The position numbers and the translations under genes were made by a program. Below the pieces are notes generated by a model. That model searched no databases. It saw nothing but the letters and a program-made list of their open reading frames with translations, and was not told the origin of the DNA. From Alphaproteobacteria bacterium (GTDB taxonomy: Bacteria > Pseudomonadota > Alphaproteobacteria > RF32 > CAG-239), in the NCBI GenBank assembly GCA_017460085.1, contig JAFUBQ010000004.1, positions 39,991 to 103,990 of the forward strand: DNA of 64,000 nt. Direction: 5' to 3'. Positions 20,911 to 30,753 of the stretch are shown piece after piece (positions within the stretch are counted from its first letter, which is position 1; each line of letters opens with the position of its first letter).

Positions 20911-23712
20911 TTAAGCGTCGGCTTCATCTGTTTGCGGCTCAGCAATAATTTCTTCTGCCGTAACTTCCGCTGCTTCAACTTCATTTCCGCTGTCATCATC
21001 AATTTCCTCGTCGGTGCCGGCATCGGCATCAAGTTTGGTTACTGAAACAACTTTTTCATCATCAGCAGTGCGGAACAAAATGACACCCTGCGTTTTACGG
21101 CCGGCAATACGAATGTCGTCCACTGGCATACGAATGAGTTTGCCGCCGTCGGTAACCATCATAATTTCTTTATCTTCCTCAATTGGGAATGAGCTGACCA
21201 CTTCCTTATTGCGCGGCGACATTTCCATGTTGGCAATGCCTTGTCCGCCACGGCCGGTAACACGATATTCATATGAAGAAGAACGTTTACCATAGCCGGT
21301 TACTGTTACAGTGAGCAAAAATTCTTCCAATTCCTGCATAGCGGCAAATTTTTCCGGTGTCAGCAAGTTTAATAATCCGGTTTGGTCAGCCGAAATACAA
21401 CTGGTTTCACCCGATTCGGCATCAACCTTCTTCATGGCATTTGATACTTTCAAATATTCGTCGCGCTCATCGGCATTAGCGGTAATATGCTTCAAAATTG
21501 ACATAGAAATCACTTCATCGCCTTTAGCTAACTTAATGCCGCGCACACCGGTTGAATTACGACCGACAAACACACGCAAATCGGCCACAGGGAAGCGAAT
21601 ACACTTGCCTTGGCGCGTAGCGAGCATAATATCATTATTATCATCGCACAATGCCACATTAACAAGTTTGTCGCCTTCATCAAGTTTCATGGCAATTTTA
21701 CCGTTTGCCTGAACACGAACAAAGTCCATCAGGCTGTTGCGGCGAATGTTTCCGCTGCGGGTGGCAAAGGCAATTGATAAACCTTGGCACTCTTCCTCAT
21801 TTTCCGGCAATTTCATAATGGCGGTAATGTTTTCGCCGTTTTCAAGCGGTAAGAGGTTAATAAACGGCTTACCTTTAGAAGTCGGCGAACCGAGCGGCAG
21901 CTTATATACTTTCATCTTATACACAATGCCGCGGCTGGAGAAGAACAAAACCGGCGTATGCGTGCTGGCCACAAACAAGCGTGTGACGAAATCTTCTTCT
22001 TTGGTGGTCATACCCGATTTACCTTTGCCGCCGCGCTTTTGCGCCTTATACGCATTCAGCGGAACGCGTTTGATATAGCCTTCTTCGGTAACCGTTACCA
22101 CCATTTCTTCACGCTGAATGAGCGATTCGATATCTTGATTGAACTCAATATCTTCAATTTGCGTCAAACGCGGTGTTGCATATTCATCTTTTACTGCCAC
22201 CAATTCATCACGCATAATACCATATAGCTTTTCACGGCTAGATAAAATAGAAAGATATTCTTTAATATCGTCACCCAAAGCCACCAATTCATCATGAATT
22301 TTATCACGTTCCAAACCAGTCAAGCGTTGCAATTTCAAATCCAAAATAGCTTTAGCTTGGTCTTCCGAAAGTTGATACATTCCGTTTTCAACCTTATGGT
22401 CCGGTTCGTCAATTAAATCTACCCATGAGACAATTGTGCCTGCCGGCCATGGTTTTTCGGTTAAGCGGTCACGCGCATCTTGCGGAGTCGGCGCAGTCTT
22501 AATCAACTCAATAACAGGGTCCAAATTTTCCACCGCTATTGCCAAACCAACCAAAACATGTGCCCTGTCGCGTGCTTTGTTTAAGCGATATACAGTGCGG
22601 CGGCGGATAACTTCTTCACGAAATTCAATGAATGTAGAAATAATGTCGCGCAAATTCATCATCATCGGCCGTCCGCCGTTAATAGCCAGCATATTCATAC
22701 CGAAACTGGTTTGCAATTCAGTATATTTGTAAAGCTGATTTAAGATAACTTCGGCCTGAAAATCACGCTTAATTTCAATTACAATGCGCACACCCTGACG
22801 GTCTGATTCATCACGGATATCAGAAATTCCCTCAATACGCTTATCTTTAACAAGCTCGGCAATATGTGCCACTAAGTTAGCTTTATTAACTTGATACGGC
22901 ACTTCATGAACAATGATAGCTTCTTTATCTTTTCTAATTTCTTCAATTGAGCATTTTGAACGCATCATCACTGAGCCGCGGCCGGTTAAATATGCCTGAC
23001 GTGCGCCGCCGTAACCCAAAATCAACCCGCCGGTCGGAAAATCCGGTCCCGGAACAATTTTAATTAAATCTTCAATAGAAATTTCCGGATTATCAATATA
23101 AGCGCAACAAGCGTCAATCACTTCACCTAAGTTATGCGGCGGAATATTGGTTGCCATACCAACGGCAATACCATTACCGCCGTTAACCAGCAAGTTAGGA
23201 AAACGTGCCGGCAAAACCGTCGGTTCCTGCAACGATTCATCATAGTTTGGCATAAAGTCAACCGTGTCTTCGTCTAAATTATCAGTCAAGCAAGTGGCTA
23301 CTTTTGCCAAGCGTGCTTCCGTATAACGCATGGCAGCTGCGCCGTCACCGTCCATTGAGCCGAAGTTGCCTTGTCCGTCAACCAACGTTAAACGCATAGA
23401 AAACGGCTGTGCCATACGCACCATAGCTTCATAAATAGAGCTGTCGCCGTGCGGGTGATATTTACCCATAACATCACCGACAATACGCGCTGATTTACGA
23501 TATGGTTTGGTGCTGTCATAGCCGTTTTCATACATACCGTAAATAATGCGGCGATGCACAGGCTTCATACCGTCACGGGCATCAGGCAGCGCGCGCGAAA
23601 CAATAACGCTCATGGCATAATCCAAATAGCTGCGGCGCATTTCTTCCGAAATCATTGTCGGGGCAATATTATCTGTTTTCACAACCTCTGTTGCATTTAT
23701 ATCTTCAGTCAC
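20911..23712 (-). CDS. gyrA: DNA gyrase subunit A
   Basis: 933 aa with '[23 protein letters not shown]', a QRDR-like '[19 protein letters not shown]' and an acidic C-terminal tail. Confidence 0.95.
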   Translation of the reverse strand: MTEDINATEVVKTDNIAPTMISEEMRRSYLDYAMSVIVSRALPDARDGMKPVHRRIIYGMYENGYDSTKPYRKSARIVGDVMGKYHPHGDSSIYEAMVRMAQPFSMRLTLVDGQGNFGSMDGDGAAAMRYTEARLAKVATCLTDNLDEDTVDFMPNYDESLQEPTVLPARFPNLLVNGGNGIAVGMATNIPPHNLGEVIDACCAYIDNPEISIEDLIKIVPGPDFPTGGLILGYGGARQAYLTGRGSVMMRSKCSIEEIRKDKEAIIVHEVPYQVNKANLVAHIAELVKDKRIEGISDIRDESDRQGVRIVIEIKRDFQAEVILNQLYKYTELQTSFGMNMLAINGGRPMMMNLRDIISTFIEFREEVIRRRTVYRLNKARDRAHVLVGLAIAVENLDPVIELIKTAPTPQDARDRLTEKPWPAGTIVSWVDLIDEPDHKVENGMYQLSEDQAKAILDLKLQRLTGLERDKIHDELVALGDDIKEYLSILSSREKLYGIMRDELVAVKDEYATPRLTQIEDIEFNQDIESLIQREEMVVTVTEEGYIKRVPLNAYKAQKRGGKGKSGMTTKEEDFVTRLFVASTHTPVLFFSSRGIVYKMKVYKLPLGSPTSKGKPFINLLPLENGENITAIMKLPENEEECQGLSIAFATRSGNIRRNSLMDFVRVQANGKIAMKLDEGDKLVNVALCDDNNDIMLATRQGKCIRFPVADLRVFVGRNSTGVRGIKLAKGDEVISMSILKHITANADERDEYLKVSNAMKKVDAESGETSCISADQTGLLNLLTPEKFAAMQELEEFLLTVTVTGYGKRSSSYEYRVTGRGGQGIANMEMSPRNKEVVSSFPIEEDKEIMMVTDGGKLIRMPVDDIRIAGRKTQGVILFRTADDEKVVSVTKLDADAGTDEEIDDDSGNEVEAAEVTAEEIIAEPQTDEADA

Positions 23713-23825
23713 TTCATACCTCTTTTGCTACATAAAATAAAACTTCCTTAATATAGCAACAATGCTGCCAAATAGGAAGTTTTTTTTAATTTTTATCCAC
23801 TTGCAAAAGAGTGAAAAAACTGCAT

Positions 23826-24071
23826 TTAATTGCTTGCCTGCGCCAACATATTTTCCGCCTGCTCTGCAGTTTGATTAATTTCATTGTCGGTGGTATTCAT
23901 TATATTTTCATACGCAGTATCAAGCATTTGTTTTGCCGTATTTGAAATGCGGATAATTGAGCTTTGAACATTGCGCCGCACCGAAGATGAATTATCTAAA
24001 ATATCCTGCAAAAAATAAAATAACCCAACGGCAATAAAAATATATAATACATATTTCACTAATCTAAACAT
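23826..24071 (-). CDS. Small membrane-anchored protein (81 aa)
   Basis: One N-terminal TM helix followed by a polar helical domain. Weak call. Confidence 0.4.
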   Translation of the reverse strand: MFRLVKYVLYIFIAVGLFYFLQDILDNSSSVRRNVQSSIIRISNTAKQMLDTAYENIMNTTDNEINQTAEQAENMLAQASN

Positions 24072-24218
24072 TTGTCCTCCTTATTTGCGCTTTTTAAATA
24101 AGCCGTCTGCTTATTTTTTAAATAAGGCATTTGGTTTCAGTCAAATATGTCATAACTAAATATTTAGAGTATGTAGCAACTATATGCTAAAAATCAGATT
24201 ATACTAAATCTTTATATT

Positions 24219-25067
24219 TTACCTTCCGGATATTTGCATTTTTTGCAACGCGGCAATGCGGTCCGCTGTGCTGGGGTGGGTGGCAAACAAACTGCTAAAC
24301 GTCTGTCTAAAATTTCCAAACGGATTTACAATAAACATATGTGCCGTTTGAGCATTAGCTCCGCGCATAGGATAATTTTTGGCATAATTATCAAGTTTAA
24401 ATAAGGCACTCATCAACCATTCAGGGTGCTCGGTTAAACGGGCCGCACCTTCATCAGCCTTGTATTCCCTCGTGCGTGAAATTGCCATTTGAATAATACC
24501 CGCAGCAATGGGCATAACAATAACAGCAATCAGTGTAAACAAAGGGTTACCACGGTTTTGGCTGCGATTATCGTTTGCCGCACCAACCGTCCGCGCCATA
24601 TTACCCAACATAGCGATAGCTCCGGCAAAAACTGCTGCCACTGAACCGATTAAAATATCATAATGCCGCACATGGCTCATTTCATGCGCTAAAACTCCCT
24701 CCACTTCTTGCGGCGTTAAAAGCTGCAACAAACCTTGAGTGGCGGCAACGGCTGCATGTTTTGGGTTACGTCCGGTGGCAAATGCATTCGGCACACTTTC
24801 CGGAATAATATACACTTTCGGCATCGGCAAATTTGCCTTTTGCGCCAGACGCGCCACAATTTCATATAGCTGAGGCTCGGTTGCCGCCGTCACTTCTTTG
24901 GCTTTATAATGCGCCAATACCAATTTATCGCTGAAAAAATAGCTGAAAAAATTCATACCGCAAGCCGCAAAAAAAGCCATTTTCATTCCTTCCATGCCGC
25001 CCAACATATTGCCAATCCATACAAATATCAGCATTAAAACTGACATTAAAACAACCGTTCTCGTCAT
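24219..25067 (-). CDS. htpX: Zinc metalloprotease HtpX (M48)
   Basis: Four TM segments and 'LAHEMSHVRH' HExxH. Confidence 0.85.
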   Translation of the reverse strand: MTRTVVLMSVLMLIFVWIGNMLGGMEGMKMAFFAACGMNFFSYFFSDKLVLAHYKAKEVTAATEPQLYEIVARLAQKANLPMPKVYIIPESVPNAFATGRNPKHAAVAATQGLLQLLTPQEVEGVLAHEMSHVRHYDILIGSVAAVFAGAIAMLGNMARTVGAANDNRSQNRGNPLFTLIAVIVMPIAAGIIQMAISRTREYKADEGAARLTEHPEWLMSALFKLDNYAKNYPMRGANAQTAHMFIVNPFGNFRQTFSSLFATHPSTADRIAALQKMQISGR

Positions 25068-25071
25068 AAGT

Positions 25072-25626
25072 TTATTCTCCTTTTAGTTTTGACCAAATAT
25101 TAGTATCGGCAAATTTTTGCATAACTTCGTCCCAACGGTCTTGCCGCATAACACCGTCCAAATGATATCCGGCACGCAACGCCACATTTGCCGAACGCAA
25201 ATTTTGTGTATCATTTCGGATAATCAAGCGATTTATCCCCGCAGCAAAACAATGAATTTCTAAAGCTTGCACCGCTTCCGTCATATAACCGTTGCCAACC
25301 GCATCATTGCTAAGCCAATAGCCTATTTCACCAATTTTATTTTTTTCATCAATTTTCACCAAATCCACAATACCCAAAAATCGGTTTGTTTTACTATTAC
25401 GCATCAAATAGGCAAAACCGGTTTTTTCCTGCCATTTTTGTTGCACGTGATAAATGTAGGCAAATTCTTCTTCAACGCTGTAATCTAATTTTGCCCACGG
25501 CAACCAACGATGCAAACTTTCTATTGAGAGTGCAACTTTTGCATACACTTCCTCAGCCAATGCAAAAGTTGGCACAGGCTGTTCCAAAATCATTCTATTA
25601 GTTACAATTTTTTCAGGTAATATCAT
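25072..25626 (-). CDS. GNAT family N-acetyltransferase (RimJ/RimL-like)
   Basis: 184 aa with a GNAT fold: 'RQ..G.G' acetyl-CoA pocket-like 'LRAGYHLDGV' and 'IGYWL'. Confidence 0.7.
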   Translation of the reverse strand: MILPEKIVTNRMILEQPVPTFALAEEVYAKVALSIESLHRWLPWAKLDYSVEEEFAYIYHVQQKWQEKTGFAYLMRNSKTNRFLGIVDLVKIDEKNKIGEIGYWLSNDAVGNGYMTEAVQALEIHCFAAGINRLIIRNDTQNLRSANVALRAGYHLDGVMRQDRWDEVMQKFADTNIWSKLKGE

Positions 25627-25730
25627 TTAATTATCTCCTGCATACAGCGACATATTAGCATATTAAATAGCAATTACAAGAAAATCTGCATAAATTTTGA
25701 TATTCTCCGGTTGATATTTTTTCACACAGC

Positions 25731-26227
25731 ATGTAACTTTTTTAATGATTTTTGCAAAAAAGTTTGCTATATTCACAAAAACATTAAGGAAAGAAAATAT
25801 GAAATGTTATAAATGCGGCGCAATGCAAATTGTTAAAAACGGCAAGGTTTTCGGCTGGCAACGCTATAAATGCAAAAGTTGCGGCTATCAATTTACTAAA
25901 ACGGCGCCAAGCGGCAAACCGATGCACCTTAAATTACTGGCCCATAATTTATATGCTGCCGGTTTTTCAACGCGGAAAATTGCGCAAATTATCGGCATTA
26001 CCGCTCAGTCTGTTTCACGCTGGATTAATAAATGGCATACCGCCTATGAAACAGAACAAGGAAACACGCAAATTATGTATGAAGTAAATGCCTATAATAT
26101 TTTGGATTGCATGAATATCAAACAAAAATCTAAATGTATATTACTGACTAATTTTTTGCCTTCCGGAGCTAAAGTTCATATTGTTATAGAGCTTTCTGAA
26201 CAAAATACATCATTATAAAAGTTACAT
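25731..26227 (+). mobile_element. Candidate miniature IS-like element: insA-like gene bounded by perfect 11-bp terminal inverted repeats
   Basis: 'ATGTAACTTTT' at 25731-25741 and its exact reverse complement 'AAAAGTTACAT' at 26217-26227 flank the insA-like ORF. No target-site duplication is obvious. Confidence 0.35.
25799..26218 (+). CDS. IS1 InsA-like zinc-ribbon plus HTH protein (solo, no DDE transposase domain)
   Basis: 'CYKCGAMQIVKNGK...QRYKCKSCGYQF' CxxC..CxxC zinc ribbon followed by an HTH ('STRKIAQIIGITAQSVSRWINKW'). The architecture resembles IS1 InsA. Start chosen at 'MKCYKC' after the RBS 'aaggaaag'; the ORF track begins earlier at 25745. Confidence 0.55.
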   Translation: MKCYKCGAMQIVKNGKVFGWQRYKCKSCGYQFTKTAPSGKPMHLKLLAHNLYAAGFSTRKIAQIIGITAQSVSRWINKWHTAYETEQGNTQIMYEVNAYNILDCMNIKQKSKCILLTNFLPSGAKVHIVIELSEQNTSL

Positions 26228-26307
26228 TGCATTTTTTTTGCTTGATTTTTGCTTGCGGCTTTTTTATTTTGCCTCAGATTGTGCAATTTGTTTAAAAGAG
26301 GATAGAA

Positions 26308-27423
26308 ATGAAAGTTAGAAAAATCAAAAGTCGCAAAATTTATCAAAAAGCCGGATATGCTTTGCTTTTAATCGGTTTTGGTGCTTGGCTGAACAGCCAT
26401 CTTTCACCGCATGGCGATAATTCGTGGATAATGCAAACTCCGTCGGTGCAGGTGCAAGGTTTAGCACAAAAAGACATCTCGGCTAAAAAGAAATATATTG
26501 CACAAGTTGAAGCCATTAACAGTGTTGATGTTATGCCGCAAGTTTCCGGCTATTTGGAAGAACAGCGCTTTCAAGACGGTGCCGAAGTTAAAACCGGCGA
26601 TGTGCTGTTTATTATTGAACAACGGCGCTATAAAGATAATTTAAAAGCAGCTGAAGCCACCCGCAAACAACTGGCGGCAGACTATAAGCGTCTGCAATCT
26701 TTGCACAGCAAAAAATTTATTTCCGATAAAGAGTTAGAGGCTGCAGAAAGCGCGCTGAAAAATGCTGAAGCAGCTGAAGATTTAGCCAAACTGAATTTAG
26801 AATATACTGAAGTAAAATCCCCTATTGACGGCGTTATCGGCAAAAGTTTGGTCAGTGTCGGCAATTTAATCAGCAATCAAAAAATGGCGCGCATTGTCCA
26901 GCAAAACCCTATTCGTATTACTTTTTCGGTAACTGATAAAGAACGTTCGGAATTTATGGAAAAACTGAGCGAAGCCGAAGATGTGTTTGTTGATGTGGTT
27001 ATGCCTAACGGCGAACCGGCAACTCAGGAAGCAAAAAATTTATTTTTCAGCAACGAAGTTAATGCTGATACGGCCACTATTCCGGTTTATTTAGAGTTTG
27101 CTAATGATGAAGATTTATTGGTGCCGGGCAATTATGTGGATATATACATGCGTTTTTCTTCACGCAAAATGGCGCTTTTAGTGCCGCAAATGGCTTTGGC
27201 CGAAGATGCTAACGGAACTTATGTGATGACTGTTGCCAAGCAAGAAGACAATGCATGGCTTGTTAAGCAAAAATATATTCAGCTCGGTGATGTTATTGAT
27301 GACATGCAAATTGTGCTTTCAGGCTTGGAAAAAGACGACAAAGTTATTGTGCAAGGCTTGCAAAAAGTCCGTGACGGCGGTATTGTAAACCCTATTTTTG
27401 TAGACGTAAAACAGGAGAAATAA
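26308..27423 (+). CDS. RND efflux periplasmic adaptor (membrane fusion protein, AcrA/MexA family)
   Basis: 371 aa with an N-terminal TM, coiled-coil lipoyl and beta-barrel layout ('YTEVKSPIDGVIG'). It directly precedes the RND pump with a 3-bp gap. Confidence 0.85.
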   Translation: MKVRKIKSRKIYQKAGYALLLIGFGAWLNSHLSPHGDNSWIMQTPSVQVQGLAQKDISAKKKYIAQVEAINSVDVMPQVSGYLEEQRFQDGAEVKTGDVLFIIEQRRYKDNLKAAEATRKQLAADYKRLQSLHSKKFISDKELEAAESALKNAEAAEDLAKLNLEYTEVKSPIDGVIGKSLVSVGNLISNQKMARIVQQNPIRITFSVTDKERSEFMEKLSEAEDVFVDVVMPNGEPATQEAKNLFFSNEVNADTATIPVYLEFANDEDLLVPGNYVDIYMRFSSRKMALLVPQMALAEDANGTYVMTVAKQEDNAWLVKQKYIQLGDVIDDMQIVLSGLEKDDKVIVQGLQKVRDGGIVNPIFVDVKQEK

Positions 27424-27426
27424 ACA

Positions 27427-30400
27427 ATGTTTTCAGCATTTTTTATCAGACGTCCGCGTTTTTCGTTTGTCATTTCCATTGTTATTGTTTTGGTAGGAAT
27501 TTTGGCGCTGTTTAACCTGCCGATAGCCCTATATCCGGAAGTTACACCACCGCAAATTACGGTAAAAGTAACCTATCCCGGTGCCAGTGCCGATGTAATT
27601 GCCCGAACCATCGGTATTCCGCTTGAAGATGAAATTAACGGTGTGGAAGATATGCTATATATGGACTCATCTTCTGAAGATTCCGCATATACCTTAACCG
27701 TAACTTTTGCCACCGGAGTTGACCCTGATATGGCTCAGGTTAAAGTGCAGAACCGTGTGCAGCAGGCAACGTCAAAATTACCGGACGAAGCAATGCGTCA
27801 AGGTATTTCGGTTAAACGGCAGTCATCAAACATTTTGGGGTTTATTGTTTTTTCTTCTCCAAACGGTTCTATGGATGAAAAACAAATTGCCGACTATGTT
27901 TATAATAATGTGCAACGCACACTGGCCAAAGTTCACGGCGTCGGCTCGGTTGAAGTTTATGCGGCGCGCTTAAGTATGCGGGTTTGGCTCAATGCCGATA
28001 AAATGGCTGCTATGCAAATTAATGCCGGAGAAATATATAGCGCAATTGCCGGTCAAAACTATCAGCCGACACTGGGCAAAGTCGGCTCAGCACCAACCGA
28101 AGGCAATGCGCCTATGGTTTATACCCTGCAAACTAACGGCCGTATGTCAACGGTTGAAGAATTTGAAAATATTATTGTCCGCACTGCCGAAAACGGCGGT
28201 TTAGTGCGCTTAAAAGATGTTGCTGAAATTGAACTGGGGCAAGAAAATTACGCAATTTCCGGGCAATTTAACGGTAACGGCGCTGTTTCAATGGCTCTGA
28301 ATTTATCATCAGGTGCCAACGCTTTAGAAACAATGGAAAATGTTAAAACAACATTAGATGAACTAAAACGCTTTTTTCCGGAAGATATGACCTATACCAT
28401 TGCTTATGATTCCACAAAATATGTTGATGCTTCGGTGGAAGAAGTTGTGTTTACGCTGTTTTTAACTTTGGCCTTGGTGGTTGGCGTTTGCTATTTCTTT
28501 TTGCAAGATTTTTATTCAACTTTAATCCCAACACTAACTATTCCAGTTTCAATTTTAGGCACGTTTGCGGTCATTTTGGCACTGGGATACAGTATTAATA
28601 TGTTTACCCTGTTTGCTATGCTTTTAGCCATTGGCGCAGTGGTTGATGATGCCATTGTGGTAGTAGAACGCGTTGTCTTTTTAATGCAAAACAGCAAAAT
28701 GACTGCGCGTGAGGCAACATATCAGGCCATGAGTGAAATTACCGGTGCTTTGGTGGCAACATCTTGTGTGCTGCTGGCAATTTTTGTGCCGGTTGGTTTT
28801 TTAGGCGGCATTGTCGGTAAAATATATCAACAATTTTCCGTAACTATTGCCACAGCAATTATGTTTTCACTTCTGAACGCTTTAACCCTCTCCCCTGCTC
28901 TATGCTCCCTGCTGATTAAAAAGTTGCAGCCACGCAAAAGCGGATTTTGGTTCAAGGTTAATAATTTTATTGCCAAATGCATTCATTTTTATAGCTTAGT
29001 GGTATCATTTATTGCAAAAAAGCTGAAAGTTGTAACGGCTATTTTGGTGTTGCTTTTTGCACTGGTCGGAATTTTGTTTGCCACGGCACAAACCTCATTT
29101 ATTCCTGATGAAGACCAAGGTGTTATTGTGATGAGCTTGCAGCTGCCGGAAGGAGCTTCTAAAAAACGCACGGAAAATTTGGTGGCAAAAGCAAACAAAA
29201 TTATTCGCGCCGAAAAAGGTGTGGAAAATGTTTCAGACGTTATCGGCTTTTCCTTAATGGGCGGCCGCGGAGAAAATGTGGCAATGTCGTTTATTGTGCT
29301 TAAGCCTTGGGAAGATCGTAATAATGATGAACAATTTTCCACCAACATAATGCATCGCCTGCAAGGCGCTATGCTGCAATTTCCGGAAGCCTCGTTCCAA
29401 TTTTTTGAAATGCCGGCAATTCCGGGGCTGGGAACGGCAAACGGTTTGGATATTCGCCTGCAATCCAGGCAAAATATGGATTATCAAAAACTTGATGCTG
29501 CTTTGCAAGGTTTTTTGGGAAAAATTAATCAAATGCCGGAAATTGCCTATGCATACACCACTTTCAATGCTAAAACTCCGAATATCTTTTTAGACATTGA
29601 CCGTGAAAAAGCTGAAAGTATGAAAGTTTCGATGGGGAATATTTTTTCAACATTAGAAACATATTTAGGTTCGGCATATATTAATGATATTAACCTCGGT
29701 ACACAGGTTAATAAAGTTATGATGCAATCAAATTGGAAATATCGTGATAATATAGATAATATCAACGAGCTTTATGTGCAAAATAATTTAGGACGTATGG
29801 TTCCAATGCGCGGTTTGGTGAACTTGCATAAAGTTTTGGCGCCGCGTGTGGTGGAGCGCTATAATCAATATCCGGCTGCCTCTATTACAGCGGTGCAAAA
29901 ACCGGGGATTTCAACCGGACAAGCTATGTCTGAAGTTGAAGATTTAATCAGCAGTTTACCGAAAGGTTATAATATTGAATGGTCCACCATGAGCTATCAA
30001 GAAAAAACCACGCACGGACAAATTGGAATTTTATTGTTGCTTTCACTAACATTTGCTTATCTGTTTTTAGTGGCGCAATATGAAAGTTTTATCATTCCGA
30101 TTCCGGTTATTTTATCGCTCACGGTTGCTGTTAGCGGTGCAATGCTAGGGCTGTTTTTCAGCGGTATGCCGCTCAGTATATATGCTCAGCTCGGCATTAT
30201 TTTGCTTGTTGGTATGGCAAGTAAAAATGCTATTTTAATTGTAGAATTTGCTCGTGATGAACATGCCAAAGGCGCCACAATTGTTAATGCGGCAGTACGC
30301 GGTTTAAGAGAAAGATTCCGTGCCGTTATTATGACAGCTTCGGCATTTGTGCTTGGTGTGTTTCCAATGATTATTGCCTCTGGCGCGGCAGCTGCCAGCC

Positions 30401-30549
30401 GTCAGGCTATCGGAGTTCCGGTATTTTGGGGCATGCTCATCGGCACACTCGGCGGTTTGTTTATCATTCCGATGTTCTATGTATTGGTGCAAACAAAAAG
30501 CGAAAAATGGCTAAAAAAACATCATCAGCAAATTGATAAAGCACAATAA
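27427..30549 (+). CDS. RND multidrug efflux transporter (AcrB/MexB family, HAE1)
   Basis: 1040 aa, 12 TM with two large periplasmic loops, and 'AIGAVVDDAIVVVE' and 'GMASKNAILIVEFA' RND motifs. Confidence 0.9.
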   Translation: MFSAFFIRRPRFSFVISIVIVLVGILALFNLPIALYPEVTPPQITVKVTYPGASADVIARTIGIPLEDEINGVEDMLYMDSSSEDSAYTLTVTFATGVDPDMAQVKVQNRVQQATSKLPDEAMRQGISVKRQSSNILGFIVFSSPNGSMDEKQIADYVYNNVQRTLAKVHGVGSVEVYAARLSMRVWLNADKMAAMQINAGEIYSAIAGQNYQPTLGKVGSAPTEGNAPMVYTLQTNGRMSTVEEFENIIVRTAENGGLVRLKDVAEIELGQENYAISGQFNGNGAVSMALNLSSGANALETMENVKTTLDELKRFFPEDMTYTIAYDSTKYVDASVEEVVFTLFLTLALVVGVCYFFLQDFYSTLIPTLTIPVSILGTFAVILALGYSINMFTLFAMLLAIGAVVDDAIVVVERVVFLMQNSKMTAREATYQAMSEITGALVATSCVLLAIFVPVGFLGGIVGKIYQQFSVTIATAIMFSLLNALTLSPALCSLLIKKLQPRKSGFWFKVNNFIAKCIHFYSLVVSFIAKKLKVVTAILVLLFALVGILFATAQTSFIPDEDQGVIVMSLQLPEGASKKRTENLVAKANKIIRAEKGVENVSDVIGFSLMGGRGENVAMSFIVLKPWEDRNNDEQFSTNIMHRLQGAMLQFPEASFQFFEMPAIPGLGTANGLDIRLQSRQNMDYQKLDAALQGFLGKINQMPEIAYAYTTFNAKTPNIFLDIDREKAESMKVSMGNIFSTLETYLGSAYINDINLGTQVNKVMMQSNWKYRDNIDNINELYVQNNLGRMVPMRGLVNLHKVLAPRVVERYNQYPAASITAVQKPGISTGQAMSEVEDLISSLPKGYNIEWSTMSYQEKTTHGQIGILLLLSLTFAYLFLVAQYESFIIPIPVILSLTVAVSGAMLGLFFSGMPLSIYAQLGIILLVGMASKNAILIVEFARDEHAKGATIVNAAVRGLRERFRAVIMTASAFVLGVFPMIIASGAAAASRQAIGVPVFWGMLIGTLGGLFIIPMFYVLVQTKSEKWLKKHHQQIDKAQ

Positions 30550-30753
30550 TAAAATGCCTATAAAAATCGGCAATAAAATATTGCTAAAAATTGCTTGACA
30601 AGTTCTAAATTATTGCATATAAAGCAAGTGAATTTAGAGAATTTTTACCATTGAAAATGTTGTAAAAATACCGACTCTAAGGAGTTCCGTCAGTCAGCGA
30701 GGGTTCGCACACTGGCGTAAATTTGTTTGATAATGTGAGGAATAAAAACTTTA

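Noticed and set aside
20761-24115. The 11-mer AAGCCGTCTGC is shared by two terminator hairpins (20761 and 24097). A similar CCGTCTGCC occurs in the cspA leader hairpin (about 2490). This resembles the Neisseria DNA uptake sequence GCCGTCTGAA, and comEC is present.
   Set aside because: Only three occurrences were found. An 11-mer recurring by chance in 64 kb is not improbable. The organism is alphaproteobacterial (GcrA, LpxI), not Neisseriaceae, and the match to the DUS is partial. A genome-wide k-mer enrichment test would be needed.
30550-30753. Looked for the SRP 4.5S RNA upstream of ffh, and for a tmRNA tag frame in the tRNA-remnant region
   Set aside because: No match to the conserved SRP domain IV motif (GGAAGCAGCCAAGGCAG-like). 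No plausible tmRNA tag ORF (ANDN...AA) in the 38053-38162 segment.
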